Origin: Allosphingosinicella sp.
Lineage (GTDB): Bacteria; Pseudomonadota; Alphaproteobacteria; Sphingomonadales; Sphingomonadaceae
DNA length: 64,000 bases
Assembly (NCBI GenBank): GCA_036388065.1
Contig: DASVSP010000061.1
Location: 7,703-71,702 of the forward strand
Direction: 5' to 3'
The notes below the pieces were generated by a model. That model had not been told where the DNA came from. It was given only the letters and a program-made list of their open reading frames with translations, and did not search any database. The stretch's first letter is position 1, and each line of letters opens with the position of its first letter. The position numbers and the translations under genes were made by a program. Shown here piece after piece: positions 44,608 through 54,920 of this stretch.

Positions 44608-46665
44608 ATGGCCGCGTCCGGCGCACCGCTCTTCCTGTTGTCCTTCCGGCATCGCGACGAGCTCACCGCCACAGCCGAGCGGGCGGGATGGCTGGCCATC
44701 GCCGCCCGGCGGGCCGACAATGCGGAGGGGCGGTTCATCGCGTCGGGCGCTTCGGTGGCGGTGGTCGACGCCCGCGGCGCCCTTCCGGAAGGCAAGGAGG
44801 CGGTCCGAAGCCTCGCCGATCCGGTCGAGGCCAATTGCTCGGCGCTTCTGGTCCTGCTTTCGCGCGGAGATTCCGAATCGCTGGACACCCTCTATGCCGA
44901 CGGCGCCACCCATTTCCTGGTCAGCCCGTTCAGCGATTCCCAGTTCCTGCAGGCGCTTCAATATGCGCACCGCCACTCCGAACGGGTAGGAGGCCGAAGG
45001 CCGCTTCGCCGCGGCGAGGCGGAGGGACAGAAGGGCAAGCCAGGAAGCGCCTCGTGGCGTTGGACTCCCGGCTCGCAGTCCATCGAGCTCAGCCCGGCGC
45101 TTGCCCGGCGGGCGGGCCTGGGCGACGAGGCCGGCCAGAGGATCAGCCTGATGGAGCTTTTCCGAAAGCTCGACCCGGACGGACGCAAGGCGGCGCGCGG
45201 CGCGATCGACCGGCTGCTCGCGACCGGCCAGTCGACCGCTTTCGCCCATACGGATTCGGAAGCCGAGGGCGCCCGGCTCGCCCACCATGTCCGAGTCGAA
45301 GGGAAGGGCGTGGTCGGCCGGACCGAGGCGATCGTGCCGCTCGAGGGCGCGGCCTGGCAGTCGCGCGATCCGATGACCGGGGTGCGCGACGGCCGGGCGG
45401 CGCGCGCCTGGATCCAGCGTCAGCTCAAGCTGGAAGGGCAGGGGCGCCCGGCCCTGGTGGTCCTGCTTCTCGCTGTCAGCCGATTCGACACGATCAACGC
45501 CGCCTTCGGCCGGCCGACCGGCGACGCGGTGCTTCAGGCCGCCGCCCGCCGGATCGAGCGGCTCGCCGATTCGGACGGCCGCCGAAGGCTCGTCGCCCGG
45601 ATCGCGGGCGCCGAATTCGCGATCCTGCTCGCCGCTCCGACCAGTCTCGGCGAGGGCCGGTTCCTCGCGGGGCAGCTGGTCGAGGCGATCGGCAGACCCT
45701 TCATGTCGGGCGACCATGTCATCACCCTCGGCAGCCGGGTGGGGGTCGTGGCTTCCGAAGACGATGAGGACGCGGCGGGCCTGCTCCGCAGAGCCAGCGC
45801 CGCGCTCGCCGAGGCCAAGTCGAGCGAGGCCGGGCCGGTCAAGGTCGTCGACGCCGGAGCGGCGAGCGACAGCGCGCTCGGCGACCAGCTCGAGATCGAC
45901 TTGAGGCGCGCCCTCGACCAGGACGAGATCGAGATATTGTTCCAGCCTCAGGTCTCGGTTGCGACCCGGCGGATCGTCGGCGCCGAGGCGCTTGCCCGCT
46001 GGCGCCATCCGCGCTTCGGCGAGCTTGGAGCGATGACCCTGTTCAGCGTTGCCGAACGCTCCGACTATCTCGTCCAGCTGTCCGACCACGTGCAGAGGAA
46101 GGCGGTGGCCGCGGCCGCCGCCTGGCCGGAAGCGCTTTCCGGCCTTCGGCTGTCGGTCAACATCACCGCGGCCGACATCGTCCGTCCCGGCTTCGCGGAG
46201 CAGTTCATCGCCCTGGTCGCCGAAGGGGGTTTCGATGCCGGCCGGCTCACGGTCGAAGTCACCGAGAGCGGACTGATCGAGGATCTCGGCGCGGCCGGGA
46301 ACCTGCTCGCACGGCTGCGCGAAGGCGGGCTTCGAGTGGCGATCGACGATTTCGGGACCGGCTATTCGAGCCTCGCCTATCTGAAGGCGCTTCCGCTCGA
46401 CTATCTCAAGATCGACAAGCGCCTCGTCGAGGACATCAGCGGCAGCCCACGCGACCAGGTGGTGATCCGGAGCGTCATCGACATGGCGCGGTCCCTCGGG
46501 CTCGAGGTGATCGCGGAAGGTGTCGAAACCGAAGAGCAGCTGACCCTGCTCGCGAGGGAGGGCTGCAACCTCTACCAAGGCTTCCTGTGCTCGCCGCCTG
46601 TGGATGTGGAGACTTTGGTGAAGTTGATGGGTCAGGTCGAGGAATCGACGTCATCCCGGACTTGA
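44608..46665 (+). CDS. Degenerate GGDEF plus EAL c-di-GMP phosphodiesterase
   Basis: AGAEF in place of GGDEF; AEAL and DDFGTGYSS intact. Confidence 0.9.
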   Translation: MAASGAPLFLLSFRHRDELTATAERAGWLAIAARRADNAEGRFIASGASVAVVDARGALPEGKEAVRSLADPVEANCSALLVLLSRGDSESLDTLYADGATHFLVSPFSDSQFLQALQYAHRHSERVGGRRPLRRGEAEGQKGKPGSASWRWTPGSQSIELSPALARRAGLGDEAGQRISLMELFRKLDPDGRKAARGAIDRLLATGQSTAFAHTDSEAEGARLAHHVRVEGKGVVGRTEAIVPLEGAAWQSRDPMTGVRDGRAARAWIQRQLKLEGQGRPALVVLLLAVSRFDTINAAFGRPTGDAVLQAAARRIERLADSDGRRRLVARIAGAEFAILLAAPTSLGEGRFLAGQLVEAIGRPFMSGDHVITLGSRVGVVASEDDEDAAGLLRRASAALAEAKSSEAGPVKVVDAGAASDSALGDQLEIDLRRALDQDEIEILFQPQVSVATRRIVGAEALARWRHPRFGELGAMTLFSVAERSDYLVQLSDHVQRKAVAAAAAWPEALSGLRLSVNITAADIVRPGFAEQFIALVAEGGFDAGRLTVEVTESGLIEDLGAAGNLLARLREGGLRVAIDDFGTGYSSLAYLKALPLDYLKIDKRLVEDISGSPRDQVVIRSVIDMARSLGLEVIAEGVETEEQLTLLAREGCNLYQGFLCSPPVDVETLVKLMGQVEESTSSRT

Positions 46666-46787
46666 TTCTGGATCCAGGAACACGGTCCGAGGCGATTACC
46701 CATTACGATGTCACCGGATTCCGCCTTCGCCGGAATGAAGGCAAGGGATGGGGACACGCACCCGTGGAAAAGTACGTGTCCCCTCTG

Positions 46788-46991
46788 CTACATACCCTTG
46801 GGGCCGGCGCCGTGACCTTGCTCCGCAGCGGCGAGAGGAAGCGATCTAACCGCGGCTTCGAGCTCGATCAGGCGTTTCGACCTGTTGATGGAGGGTGCCG
46901 GGCGCGCACGGGAAGCTTCGCGGCGCTGGACGATGTCGGGCTTGACCGCAGACGTGGGAGCAGCGGCAAGCATCAATGAAATCAACAACAT
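46788..46991 (-). CDS. Small secreted hypothetical protein
   Basis: GGAGG RBS; MLLISLMLAAAP. Confidence 0.5.
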   Translation of the reverse strand: MLLISLMLAAAPTSAVKPDIVQRREASRARPAPSINRSKRLIELEAAVRSLPLAAAEQGHGAGPKGM

Positions 46992-47093
46992 CGCGGCATT
47001 TCCTCCAGGTATGGGGGTGGTTAACCGCGAAACTTGAGTTAAGTTGCAAAATTGGGGACGAAGCGTTGTCGGAGCGGGATGCGCCGGGCAAAT

Positions 47094-47176
47094 CGTCATC
47101 CCGGCCGCAAGCCGCGACTTCCAGACGAGAAGTCTCGTCGGGTCTCCCCGAGGCCCCGGCTTTCGCCGGGGTGACG
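47094..47176. repeat. REP family A
   Basis: GTCATCCCGGC...CCGGCTTTCGCCGGGGTGAC. Confidence 0.8.
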
Positions 47177-47177
47177 G

Positions 47178-50100
47178 TCAACCCAATATCCGCGCCAGGC
47201 CTCGCGACAGCTGGATTGCGCCGTTGACCCGGCTCGGAGCGTCCGGCCAGCTTCGGGAGATGACGAGCTTGCTGTCGGGCCTGAGCTTCGCCGTACCCTT
47301 CAGCCTCTGGACGTAGGCGATCAGGCCCTCGAGGTCCGGGAAGGTGTCGTTGTGGAAATGAACGAGCGCGCCCTTGGGGCCGACGTCGAGCTTCACCACC
47401 TGGGCCGCCCGGCAATTGAGCTTGATCTCGATGACCTTGAGGAGGTTGTCGGTCTCGTCCGGGAGCTTTCCGAACCGGTCGATCAGCTCGGCCGCGAAGG
47501 CCTCGATCTCGCCGCTCGACTCGAGCTCGTTCATCCGCCGGTAGAGGCCCATCCGGAGGTCGAGGTCGGGGACGTAATCCTCAGAAATAATGATAGGCGC
47601 GTCGACCGTGATCTGGGGCGAGAATTCGCCGCTCGTCTTGAGCTCGCCGCCGCTCTTGGCGGCCATGATCGCTTCCTCGAGCATCGATTGGTAGAGCTCG
47701 AAGCCGACCTCCTTGATATGGCCCGACTGCTCGTCGCCGAGCAGGTTGCCCGCGCCCCTGATGTCGAGGTCGTGGCTTGCGAGCTGGAAGCCGGCGCCGA
47801 GGGAATCGAGGTTGGCGAGCACTTTCAGCCGCTTGTCGGCGGACTCCGTGATGGTGCGAGTCGCGGGCGTGGTCAGATAGGAATAAGCGCGGGTCTTCGA
47901 ACGGCCGACGCGGCCCCTCAGCTGGTAGAGCTGGGCGAGCCCGAACCGGTCGGCGCGGTGGACGATGAGGGTGTTGGCCGACGGGATGTCGAGCCCGCTT
48001 TCGACGATCGTGGTCGACAGGAGAACGTCGTACTTGCGGTCGTAGAAGGCGCTCATCCGTTCCTCGACCTCGGTCGGCGACATCTGGCCGTGGGCGGTGA
48101 CGGCGTTCACCTCGGGCACCTCGTCGCGAAGATATTGCTCGAGGTCGGCGAGGTCGGCGACCCGGGGTGCGACGAAATAGGTCTGGCCGCCGCGATAATG
48201 CTCGCGAAGCAGGGCCTCCCGGATGACCACCGGGTCCCAGGGCATGACGTAGGTTCGGACCGCCAGGCGGTCGACGGGCGGGGTCTGGATAACCGATAGC
48301 TCGCGCAGCCCCGACATCGCCATCTGAAGGGTGCGCGGAATGGGAGTGGCGGTCAGGGTCAGGACGTGGACGTTGGCCCGCATCGCCTTGAGGCGCTCCT
48401 TGTGGGTCACTCCGAACCGCTGCTCCTCGTCGACGATGACGAGTCCGAGATTCTTGAACTCGACCGTCTTGGCGAGAAGCGCGTGGGTGCCGATGACGAT
48501 GTCGACCTTGCCCGCCTTGAGCCCTTCCTTGGTCTGCCTGGCTTCCTTGGGAGCGACGAGCCGGGAGAGCCGGCCGATCTCGATCGGGAAGCCCCGGAAG
48601 CGTTCGGAAAAAGTGTTGTAATGCTGGCGGGCGAGAAGGGTCGTCGGGCAGACCAAAGCGACCTGGTGCCCGGCCATCGCCGCGGTGAAGGCGGCGCGAA
48701 GGGCGACTTCGGTCTTGCCGAAGCCGACGTCGCCGCAGACCAGCCGGTCCATCGGCCGACCGGCGGCGAGATCGTCGAACACGTCGGAAATGGCGCGGTC
48801 CTGGTCTTCCGTCTCCTCGTAGGGGAAGCGGTCGGCGAAGGCGGCGTAGCTCGTATCGGGCTCGACCACCGCGCCGGGGCGAAGAGCGCGCTCGGCGGCG
48901 GTCTTGATCAGCTCGCCCGCAATCTCGCGGATCCGCTCCTTCATCCGCGACTTGCGCCGCTGCCACGCCTCGCCGCCCAGGCGGTCCAGCGCTACTCCGT
49001 CGCTCTCGCTTCCATAGCGCGAGAGGATGTCGATATTCTCGACCGGAACGTAGAGCTTGTCGCCGCCCGCATATTCGAGGGCGACGCAATCGTGGGGGGA
49101 GGTCCCGACCGGGATTTGGGTCAGTCCCTCGTAGCGGCCGATTCCGTGGTCAGCGTGGACGACGAGGTCGCCGGGGCTGAGCGTCGCGAGCTCGCTCATG
49201 AAGGCGTCGGCGGACTTGCGGCGCTTGCGGCGGCGGACGAGCCGGTCGCCGAGCATGTCCTGCTCGGTGAGGAGTGCGACGTCTGAGGTGGTGAAGCCGT
49301 GGTCGAGCGGAAGGACGGCGAGGGCCACTCCGGAGGCGCCCTGGGCTTCCTGCCAGGTGTCGACCTCCCTCGCATTCTTCAGGCCGTGGTCGGTGAGGAG
49401 GCCCTTCAGGCGTTCGCGGGCGCCGGCCGAATAGCTTGCCAGAACGACCTTCTTCTTGCCGCGGCGGAGCGCCGAGACATGATCGACCACGGCTTCGTAG
49501 ACATTGGCGTTCTGCGACCGCTCGGGCGCGAAGTCGCGGGCCGGGTCGACCTCGAAATCCAGAACCGTGCCGCTTTCCGGCTCGTGGAACGGAGTCGCCA
49601 GATGAAGCGGCCGGGCCGCGATCAGCTTTTCCCACTCGGCCTGAGCCAGATAGAGCGTTTCCGGCTCGAGCGGCCGGTAGCTGCCCGGATCGGACGACTG
49701 GGCCCTTTTGCGGTTTTCGTAATAATCGGCGATCGCCTCGAAGCGCGCATCGGCGGCGCCGGCGTCGTGAGCGTCGCGAACGACGAGGTCGTCCTCCGCG
49801 AGATGCTCGAACAAGGTGTCGAGCCGCTCCTCGAACAGCGGAAGCCAATGGTCGATCCCGGCCAGCCGCCGGCCTTCGGACACCGCCTGGTAGATCGGAT
49901 CCCCCGTGGCGGTGGCCCCGAAGCGCTCCCGGTAGCGGGAGCGGAAGCGCTTGACGCTGTCCTCGTCGAGAAGGGTCTCGGCGGCGGGGAGGAGGGTGAA
50001 GCCGCCGGCCATGTTGCCGCTGGTGCGCTGGGTCGCCGGATCGAAGCGGCGGACGCTCTCGATCTCGTCACCGAAGAAGTCGAGCCGAAGGCCCTCGCTC

Positions 50101-50627
50101 TCGCCTGCCGGGAACAGGTCGACGATTCCGCCGCGCACTGCGAACTCGCCGGCGTCCTGGACGGTGTCGGTTCGGTGATAGCCGTTGGCGCTGAGCAGGG
50201 CCGAGAGCTTCGCCATGTCGATCCGCTCGCCCGGAGCGAGCCTCGCCACGAGCTGGCGGACCCGGAAGGGAGACAGGGTCCGCTGGGTCGCGGCGTTGAC
50301 GGTGGTAACGAGAAGCTGGGGCTTGTCGGCCTTGCGCTGGAGCGCGTGAAGGGTCGCGAGCCGCTCGGACGAGGCTCGAAGCGAGGGCGAGGCGCGGTCG
50401 TAGGGCAGGCAATCCCAGGCCGGGAAGGACAGGACTTCCAGCTCCGGGGCGAAATAGGCGGCGGCGTCCTGCAGGTGCCGCATCGCCGCCTCGTCGGGAG
50501 CGACGAACACGGCACGGCCCTTCGCGGCCCGGGCGAGGTCGGCGGCGAGCCAGGGCAGGAAGCCGGCCGGAGCCCCGGCCAGAGTCATCGGCCGCTTCGC
50601 CGACAGGATCTTGTGGATGGCGGTCAC
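47178..50627 (-). CDS. mfd: Transcription-repair coupling factor
   Basis: GDLVVHADHGIGRY, CGDVGFGKT, DEEQRFG, QLRGRVGR; GTG start overlapping sdhE stop. Confidence 0.96.
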   Translation of the reverse strand: MTAIHKILSAKRPMTLAGAPAGFLPWLAADLARAAKGRAVFVAPDEAAMRHLQDAAAYFAPELEVLSFPAWDCLPYDRASPSLRASSERLATLHALQRKADKPQLLVTTVNAATQRTLSPFRVRQLVARLAPGERIDMAKLSALLSANGYHRTDTVQDAGEFAVRGGIVDLFPAGESEGLRLDFFGDEIESVRRFDPATQRTSGNMAGGFTLLPAAETLLDEDSVKRFRSRYRERFGATATGDPIYQAVSEGRRLAGIDHWLPLFEERLDTLFEHLAEDDLVVRDAHDAGAADARFEAIADYYENRKRAQSSDPGSYRPLEPETLYLAQAEWEKLIAARPLHLATPFHEPESGTVLDFEVDPARDFAPERSQNANVYEAVVDHVSALRRGKKKVVLASYSAGARERLKGLLTDHGLKNAREVDTWQEAQGASGVALAVLPLDHGFTTSDVALLTEQDMLGDRLVRRRKRRKSADAFMSELATLSPGDLVVHADHGIGRYEGLTQIPVGTSPHDCVALEYAGGDKLYVPVENIDILSRYGSESDGVALDRLGGEAWQRRKSRMKERIREIAGELIKTAAERALRPGAVVEPDTSYAAFADRFPYEETEDQDRAISDVFDDLAAGRPMDRLVCGDVGFGKTEVALRAAFTAAMAGHQVALVCPTTLLARQHYNTFSERFRGFPIEIGRLSRLVAPKEARQTKEGLKAGKVDIVIGTHALLAKTVEFKNLGLVIVDEEQRFGVTHKERLKAMRANVHVLTLTATPIPRTLQMAMSGLRELSVIQTPPVDRLAVRTYVMPWDPVVIREALLREHYRGGQTYFVAPRVADLADLEQYLRDEVPEVNAVTAHGQMSPTEVEERMSAFYDRKYDVLLSTTIVESGLDIPSANTLIVHRADRFGLAQLYQLRGRVGRSKTRAYSYLTTPATRTITESADKRLKVLANLDSLGAGFQLASHDLDIRGAGNLLGDEQSGHIKEVGFELYQSMLEEAIMAAKSGGELKTSGEFSPQITVDAPIIISEDYVPDLDLRMGLYRRMNELESSGEIEAFAAELIDRFGKLPDETDNLLKVIEIKLNCRAAQVVKLDVGPKGALVHFHNDTFPDLEGLIAYVQRLKGTAKLRPDSKLVISRSWPDAPSRVNGAIQLSRGLARILG

Positions 50628-50893
50628 TATTCGGGGTGCTTGATATAGTCGAGTTGCTGGAGTCGGCGCATCATCGCCCCGCGGTAGCGTTCCGGCGGCT
50701 CCGCGGTTCCGATGGCCCAGGCCATGATGTCGGCGTCCTGCTCCTCGAGCAGGGCCTCGAACCAGCCCATTTCCGACTCGCCCCAGCGCTCGCCTTGGGC
50801 GTCGAAGAAGCCGCCGATCATGAAGTCCGCTTCCCTCACGCCCCGGTGCCAGGCACGGAAGCGCAGGCGTTTGAGGCGGTCGGCGGGGGTCAA
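50627..50893 (-). CDS. sdhE: Succinate dehydrogenase assembly factor 2
   Basis: RLRFRAWHRGVREAD; TTG start. Confidence 0.9.
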   Translation of the reverse strand: MTPADRLKRLRFRAWHRGVREADFMIGGFFDAQGERWGESEMGWFEALLEEQDADIMAWAIGTAEPPERYRGAMMRRLQQLDYIKHPE

Positions 50894-50978
50894 GCGAGCT
50901 CCAAGCGGAAAAGGCCACCGGGAAAATCCCGGCGGCTCGAGAGCGGCCGATGTAGGTGAGCATTGGCGGTATTTGAAC

Positions 50979-51063
50979 CCGTCATTGCGAGGAGCGCAGC
51001 GACGAAGCAATCCAGCGGCGTCGGAGGCCGGACTGGATTGCTTCGCTGCGCTCGCAATGACGG
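50979..51063. repeat. REP family B
   Basis: GTCATTGCGAG...CTCGCAATGAC. Confidence 0.85.
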
Positions 51064-51064
51064 T

Positions 51065-52036
51065 TCAGTGCGTCGTTCCTCGGGTCTTCCAGAGCGACCA
51101 GCCCACGCCTGAAGCGAGGATCGCGAAGGTGATCGAGAGCGAGGCCGCCGGCGGGACCTTGGCGAGCCCCAGCGCGTCGGCCACGAATATCTTGGAGCCG
51201 ATGAACACGAGAAGCACCGCCAGCGCATATTTGAGATAGTGGAATCGGTGAACCATCGCCGCCAGCGCGAAATAGAGGGCCCGAAGGCCGAGGATCGCGA
51301 AGATGTTGGAGGTGTAGACGATGAAGGCGTCGGACGTGATCGCGAAGATCGCCGGTACCGAATCCACCGCGAAGACGACGTCGACGATCTCCACCATCGC
51401 AAGCGCCAGGAAGAGCGGGGTGATGAACCAGGCCGGCTTCCCCGTCCCGGGATCGGTCCTGCGCACCCAGAAACTGTCGCCGTGCAGGCCTTCCGTCACC
51501 GGAAGCCGCTTGCGCAGCCAGCGAAGAACCGGGCTCGATCCGACGTCATATTCCTTCTCCGCCATCAGCCACATCTTGATCCCCGTGAAGATCAGGAAGG
51601 CGGCGAAGAGGTAGAGGACCCAGCCGAACTGCTGGACCATGGCGGAGCCGACGCCGATCATGATCGCCCGAAGCACGATCACGCCCAAAATGCCCCAGAA
51701 CAGCACCCGGTGCTGGTAGAGCCGCGGAACGGCGAAATAGGTGAAGATCATCGCGATGACGAAGACGTTGTCCATCGCCAGGCTCTTCTCGATCACGAAC
51801 CCGGTGAGGTAGGCGAGCCCGGCGCCCTCGCCCATGTACCACCAGACCCAGCCTCCGAAGCCGACGCCGAGCGCGATGTAGACGGCGGAAAGGGCAAGGC
51901 TCTCCCGGACTCCGATCTCGCGCTGCTTTCGGTGAAGGACGCCGAGATCGAGCGCGAGAAGGACGGCGACGATGGCCAGGAAGGCGAGCCACATCCAGAG
52001 CGGCTTGCCCAGCCAGAGCAAGGTGAGAAATTCCAA
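51065..52036 (-). CDS. TerC/Alx family membrane protein
   Basis: AGGAGG plus TTG; EKSLAMDNVF, DVVFAVDSVPA, SNIFAILGLR. Confidence 0.93.
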   Translation of the reverse strand: MEFLTLLWLGKPLWMWLAFLAIVAVLLALDLGVLHRKQREIGVRESLALSAVYIALGVGFGGWVWWYMGEGAGLAYLTGFVIEKSLAMDNVFVIAMIFTYFAVPRLYQHRVLFWGILGVIVLRAIMIGVGSAMVQQFGWVLYLFAAFLIFTGIKMWLMAEKEYDVGSSPVLRWLRKRLPVTEGLHGDSFWVRRTDPGTGKPAWFITPLFLALAMVEIVDVVFAVDSVPAIFAITSDAFIVYTSNIFAILGLRALYFALAAMVHRFHYLKYALAVLLVFIGSKIFVADALGLAKVPPAASLSITFAILASGVGWSLWKTRGTTH

Positions 52037-52062
52037 TTGGGCCTCCTGTTGACGATGTGCGG

Positions 52063-52105
52063 CCGACATCGCGATCCGGTGGATCGCCAGAGGGGCCCGG
52101 TCCGC
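52063..52105 (-). ncRNA. Putative cis-regulatory leader RNA (terC-motif-like), copy 1
   Basis: GCGGACCGGGCCCCTCTGGCG...GATGTCGG directly upstream of the terC RBS. Confidence 0.6.
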
Positions 52106-52155
52106 GGGATAGGGAGCCGGCGGGGCATGGAGTGAAGGCGGGGTCTGATCCGCTC

Positions 52156-52243
52156 CCGCTCGGGCTCAGCTTGTCGAAGCCCCTCCCTTTTCCTGCCTTC
52201 GAGAACAGGAAGGCAGGCCCTTCGACAAGCTCAGGGCGAACGG
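52156..52243. repeat. REP family C
   Basis: GCTCAGCTTGTCGAAGCCC...CCCTTCGACAAGCTCAGGGCGAACGG. Confidence 0.8.
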
Positions 52244-52290
52244 TGCAGTGGGTCAGGCCGAGCCTTCGCTCCAGCCCGCCGGCCGGAAGT

Positions 52291-52464
52291 TCAGATGCCG
52301 ACGGGGTGCCGCATCTTGGCGTAGAGCCTGTCCTTGACGGCCAGCCTCAGCTTCTTGAGCCGGAGGAGCCTCGTGCTGTCGGGCCAACGCCGCTTCAGCT
52401 CGCGCCGGATCTCGTCGTCGAGACGGCGGTGGACGACGCTCAGGCGGTAGACGAATGCATTCAT
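52291..52464 (-). CDS. YdcH/DUF465 family small protein
   Basis: HRRLDDEI...PDSTRLLRLKKLRLAVKDRL; GGAG RBS. Confidence 0.85.
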   Translation of the reverse strand: MNAFVYRLSVVHRRLDDEIRRELKRRWPDSTRLLRLKKLRLAVKDRLYAKMRHPVGI

Positions 52465-52565
52465 AGCCACTCTCCAAAATCGATATGTCATCGAAATCGG
52501 GCGAAGCTTGCGGTGCAGGGGGGCGAATGGGCCGTGGAACTGCACCGGGCCAAGCCCGATGCGGT

Positions 52566-52615
52566 CCGACATCACGGTCGTCCAGGTGGACGCCCGCCAG
52601 AGGGGCCCGGTCCGC
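52566..52615 (-). ncRNA. Putative terC-motif-like leader RNA, copy 2
   Basis: Identical 21-nt block and GATGTCGG shared with copy 1. Confidence 0.55.
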
Positions 52616-52802
52616 AGGGGAGCGTGTATATCGGGACGGGGGTGTAATCAAGATAGTTCGCCATCGGCGCGACGAACCGTCGTCATTCCGGCCAAAGCCG
52701 GATCCATGAACATTGGGGTTCGGACTGGAGTCGCCGCCGTGTTCATGGATGCTGGATCAAGTCCGGCATGACGAAAGAAGGGCGCCACGCTAACAACCCC
52801 CC

Positions 52803-54860
52803 ATGCGCCCCGACATCCTCAACCCGCTGTTCGCCGAAGTGGAGGTGCTGAAAGGGATCGGCCCTGCTTTGGCCAAGCCCCTGAAGCGGCTCGGCCTGAA
52901 CCGGGTCGTCGACATCCTCTTCCACATTCCGGTGAGCTGGATCGAGCGCAAGAAGGTGGACGTGCTCGACATGGCCGACGCCGGGGGCGTGGTCACGGTG
53001 GTGGTGACTCCGGTCGACTATCGCCAGGCGGGCCAGCGCGGCCCGTTCCGGGTCTATGCCTCCGACCGCGAGGGCAATTATCTCTCGCTGACCTATTTCC
53101 ACAATCCGGGCTGGGCGAAGAAACAGTTTCCGCTCGGGGTCCCGAAGGTCGTTTCAGGCCGGATGGAGATGTACGGGCAGGAATTGCAGATGGTCCATCC
53201 GGACTATGTGCTCGAACCGGGGGAGGCGCTGGATTTGCCCGAGCGCGAGCCGGTCTATCCGCTTTCCGAAGGGCTGACCAATCGGCGGATGGCCGATCTC
53301 GCCGGCCAGGCTTTGGGCCGGGCTCCGGTTCTCGCGGAATGGATCGAACCCAGCTTGCTGGCCTCGCGAGGCTGGCCCTCGTGGCAGGAGGCGCTGGGGA
53401 GCGTTCATCGAAGCGCCGCGCTTGGGCCGGCGCGCGAGCGGCTCGCTTATGACGAGGTGTTCGCCAACCAGCTCGCTTTGATGCTCGTGCGGGCGTCGTC
53501 GAAACGGCGCCGGGGCGTCCCGCTGAAGAGCGACGGCCGGCTCCGCGATTCGCTCAAGCTTCCCTACGTGGGGACCGGCGCCCAGCGCCGCGCCGTCGCC
53601 GAGATCGAGGGCGATCTGCAGCAGGAAACGCCGATGCTCCGGCTGCTCCAGGGCGACGTCGGCTCGGGCAAGACCCTGGTCGCCCTGATGGCGATGCTCA
53701 TCGCCGTCGAGGCCGGCACCCAGGCGGCGCTTCTGGCGCCGACCGAGATCCTCGCGCGGCAGCATTTCGACACCCTGTCGCGCCAGCTGGCCGGCCTTCC
53801 GGTCAACGTCGCCATCCTGACCGGACGGGAGAAGGGAAGGGCGCGGGAATCGACCCTGATGGGGCTCGCCGACGGGTCGATCGACATTCTCGTCGGAACC
53901 CACGCCATCTTCCAGCAGGCCGTCGCCTACAAGAGGCTGGGCCTCGCGGTGGTCGACGAACAGCATCGCTTCGGAGTGGCGCAGCGGATGATGCTCGCGT
54001 CAAAGGCCGAGCGGCCGCCCCACCTCCTCGTCATGACCGCGACTCCGATCCCCAGAACCCTCACCCTCACCCAATATGGCGAGATGGATGTCAGCCGCCT
54101 CGACGAGATGCCGCCGGGCCGCCAGCCGATCGAGACCCGGGTGCTCAGCCTGGACAAGCTGCCCGAGGTCGCGGACGCTCTGGCCCGCCACATCGCCCGC
54201 GGCGGCCAAGCTTACTGGGTCTGCCCCCTGGTCGAGGAGAGCGAGGCTTCCGACCAGGCCGCCGCGGAGGAGCGCGCGCGGGCCCTTCGCCTTCGCTTCG
54301 GCGACAAGATCGGACTCGTCCACGGCCGGATGAAGGGTCCCGAGAAGGACGAGGTGATGGCAGCCTTCCAGCAGGGCTCCCTGTCGGTCCTCGTCGCCAC
54401 CACCGTCATCGAGGTCGGGGTGGACGTTCCCAACGCGACCTTGATGATCGTCGAAGGCGCCGACCGCTTCGGCCTCGCCCAGCTCCACCAGCTTCGCGGC
54501 CGGGTCGGGCGAGGGGAGGGGCGTTCGATCTGCCTGCTGCTTCGCGGCAATGCGCTGAGCGAGACCGGCCGGGCCCGGCTCGCTTTGATGCGCGAGACCA
54601 ATGACGGCTTCCGGATCGCCGAGGAGGATCTCCGGCTTCGCGGCGCGGGCGAGATATTGGGGACGAAGCAGTCCGGCGAGGCGCAGTTCCGGCTGGCGAG
54701 CGTCGAGCAGATTTCGGCCCTCGCCCAGGCGGCGAGCGACGATGCCCGCCTGCTGGTAGACCGGGACGGCGGGCTCGAGGGGCCGAGAGGGCAGGCGGCG
54801 AGGGTGCTGCTCTATCTGATGGAGCGCGATTCGGCGGTGGGGTTGTTGAGGGGGGGGTGA
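52803..54860 (+). CDS. recG: ATP-dependent DNA helicase RecG
   Basis: QGDVGSGKT, DEQHRFG, MTATPIPR, HQLRGRVGR. Confidence 0.96.
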   Translation: MRPDILNPLFAEVEVLKGIGPALAKPLKRLGLNRVVDILFHIPVSWIERKKVDVLDMADAGGVVTVVVTPVDYRQAGQRGPFRVYASDREGNYLSLTYFHNPGWAKKQFPLGVPKVVSGRMEMYGQELQMVHPDYVLEPGEALDLPEREPVYPLSEGLTNRRMADLAGQALGRAPVLAEWIEPSLLASRGWPSWQEALGSVHRSAALGPARERLAYDEVFANQLALMLVRASSKRRRGVPLKSDGRLRDSLKLPYVGTGAQRRAVAEIEGDLQQETPMLRLLQGDVGSGKTLVALMAMLIAVEAGTQAALLAPTEILARQHFDTLSRQLAGLPVNVAILTGREKGRARESTLMGLADGSIDILVGTHAIFQQAVAYKRLGLAVVDEQHRFGVAQRMMLASKAERPPHLLVMTATPIPRTLTLTQYGEMDVSRLDEMPPGRQPIETRVLSLDKLPEVADALARHIARGGQAYWVCPLVEESEASDQAAAEERARALRLRFGDKIGLVHGRMKGPEKDEVMAAFQQGSLSVLVATTVIEVGVDVPNATLMIVEGADRFGLAQLHQLRGRVGRGEGRSICLLLRGNALSETGRARLALMRETNDGFRIAEEDLRLRGAGEILGTKQSGEAQFRLASVEQISALAQAASDDARLLVDRDGGLEGPRGQAARVLLYLMERDSAVGLLRGG

Positions 54861-54920
54861 GCAGCAGTGATAGGAAACACTGCACATTGCATTTAATGAG
54901 GGAATTAGTATTCAAAACCG

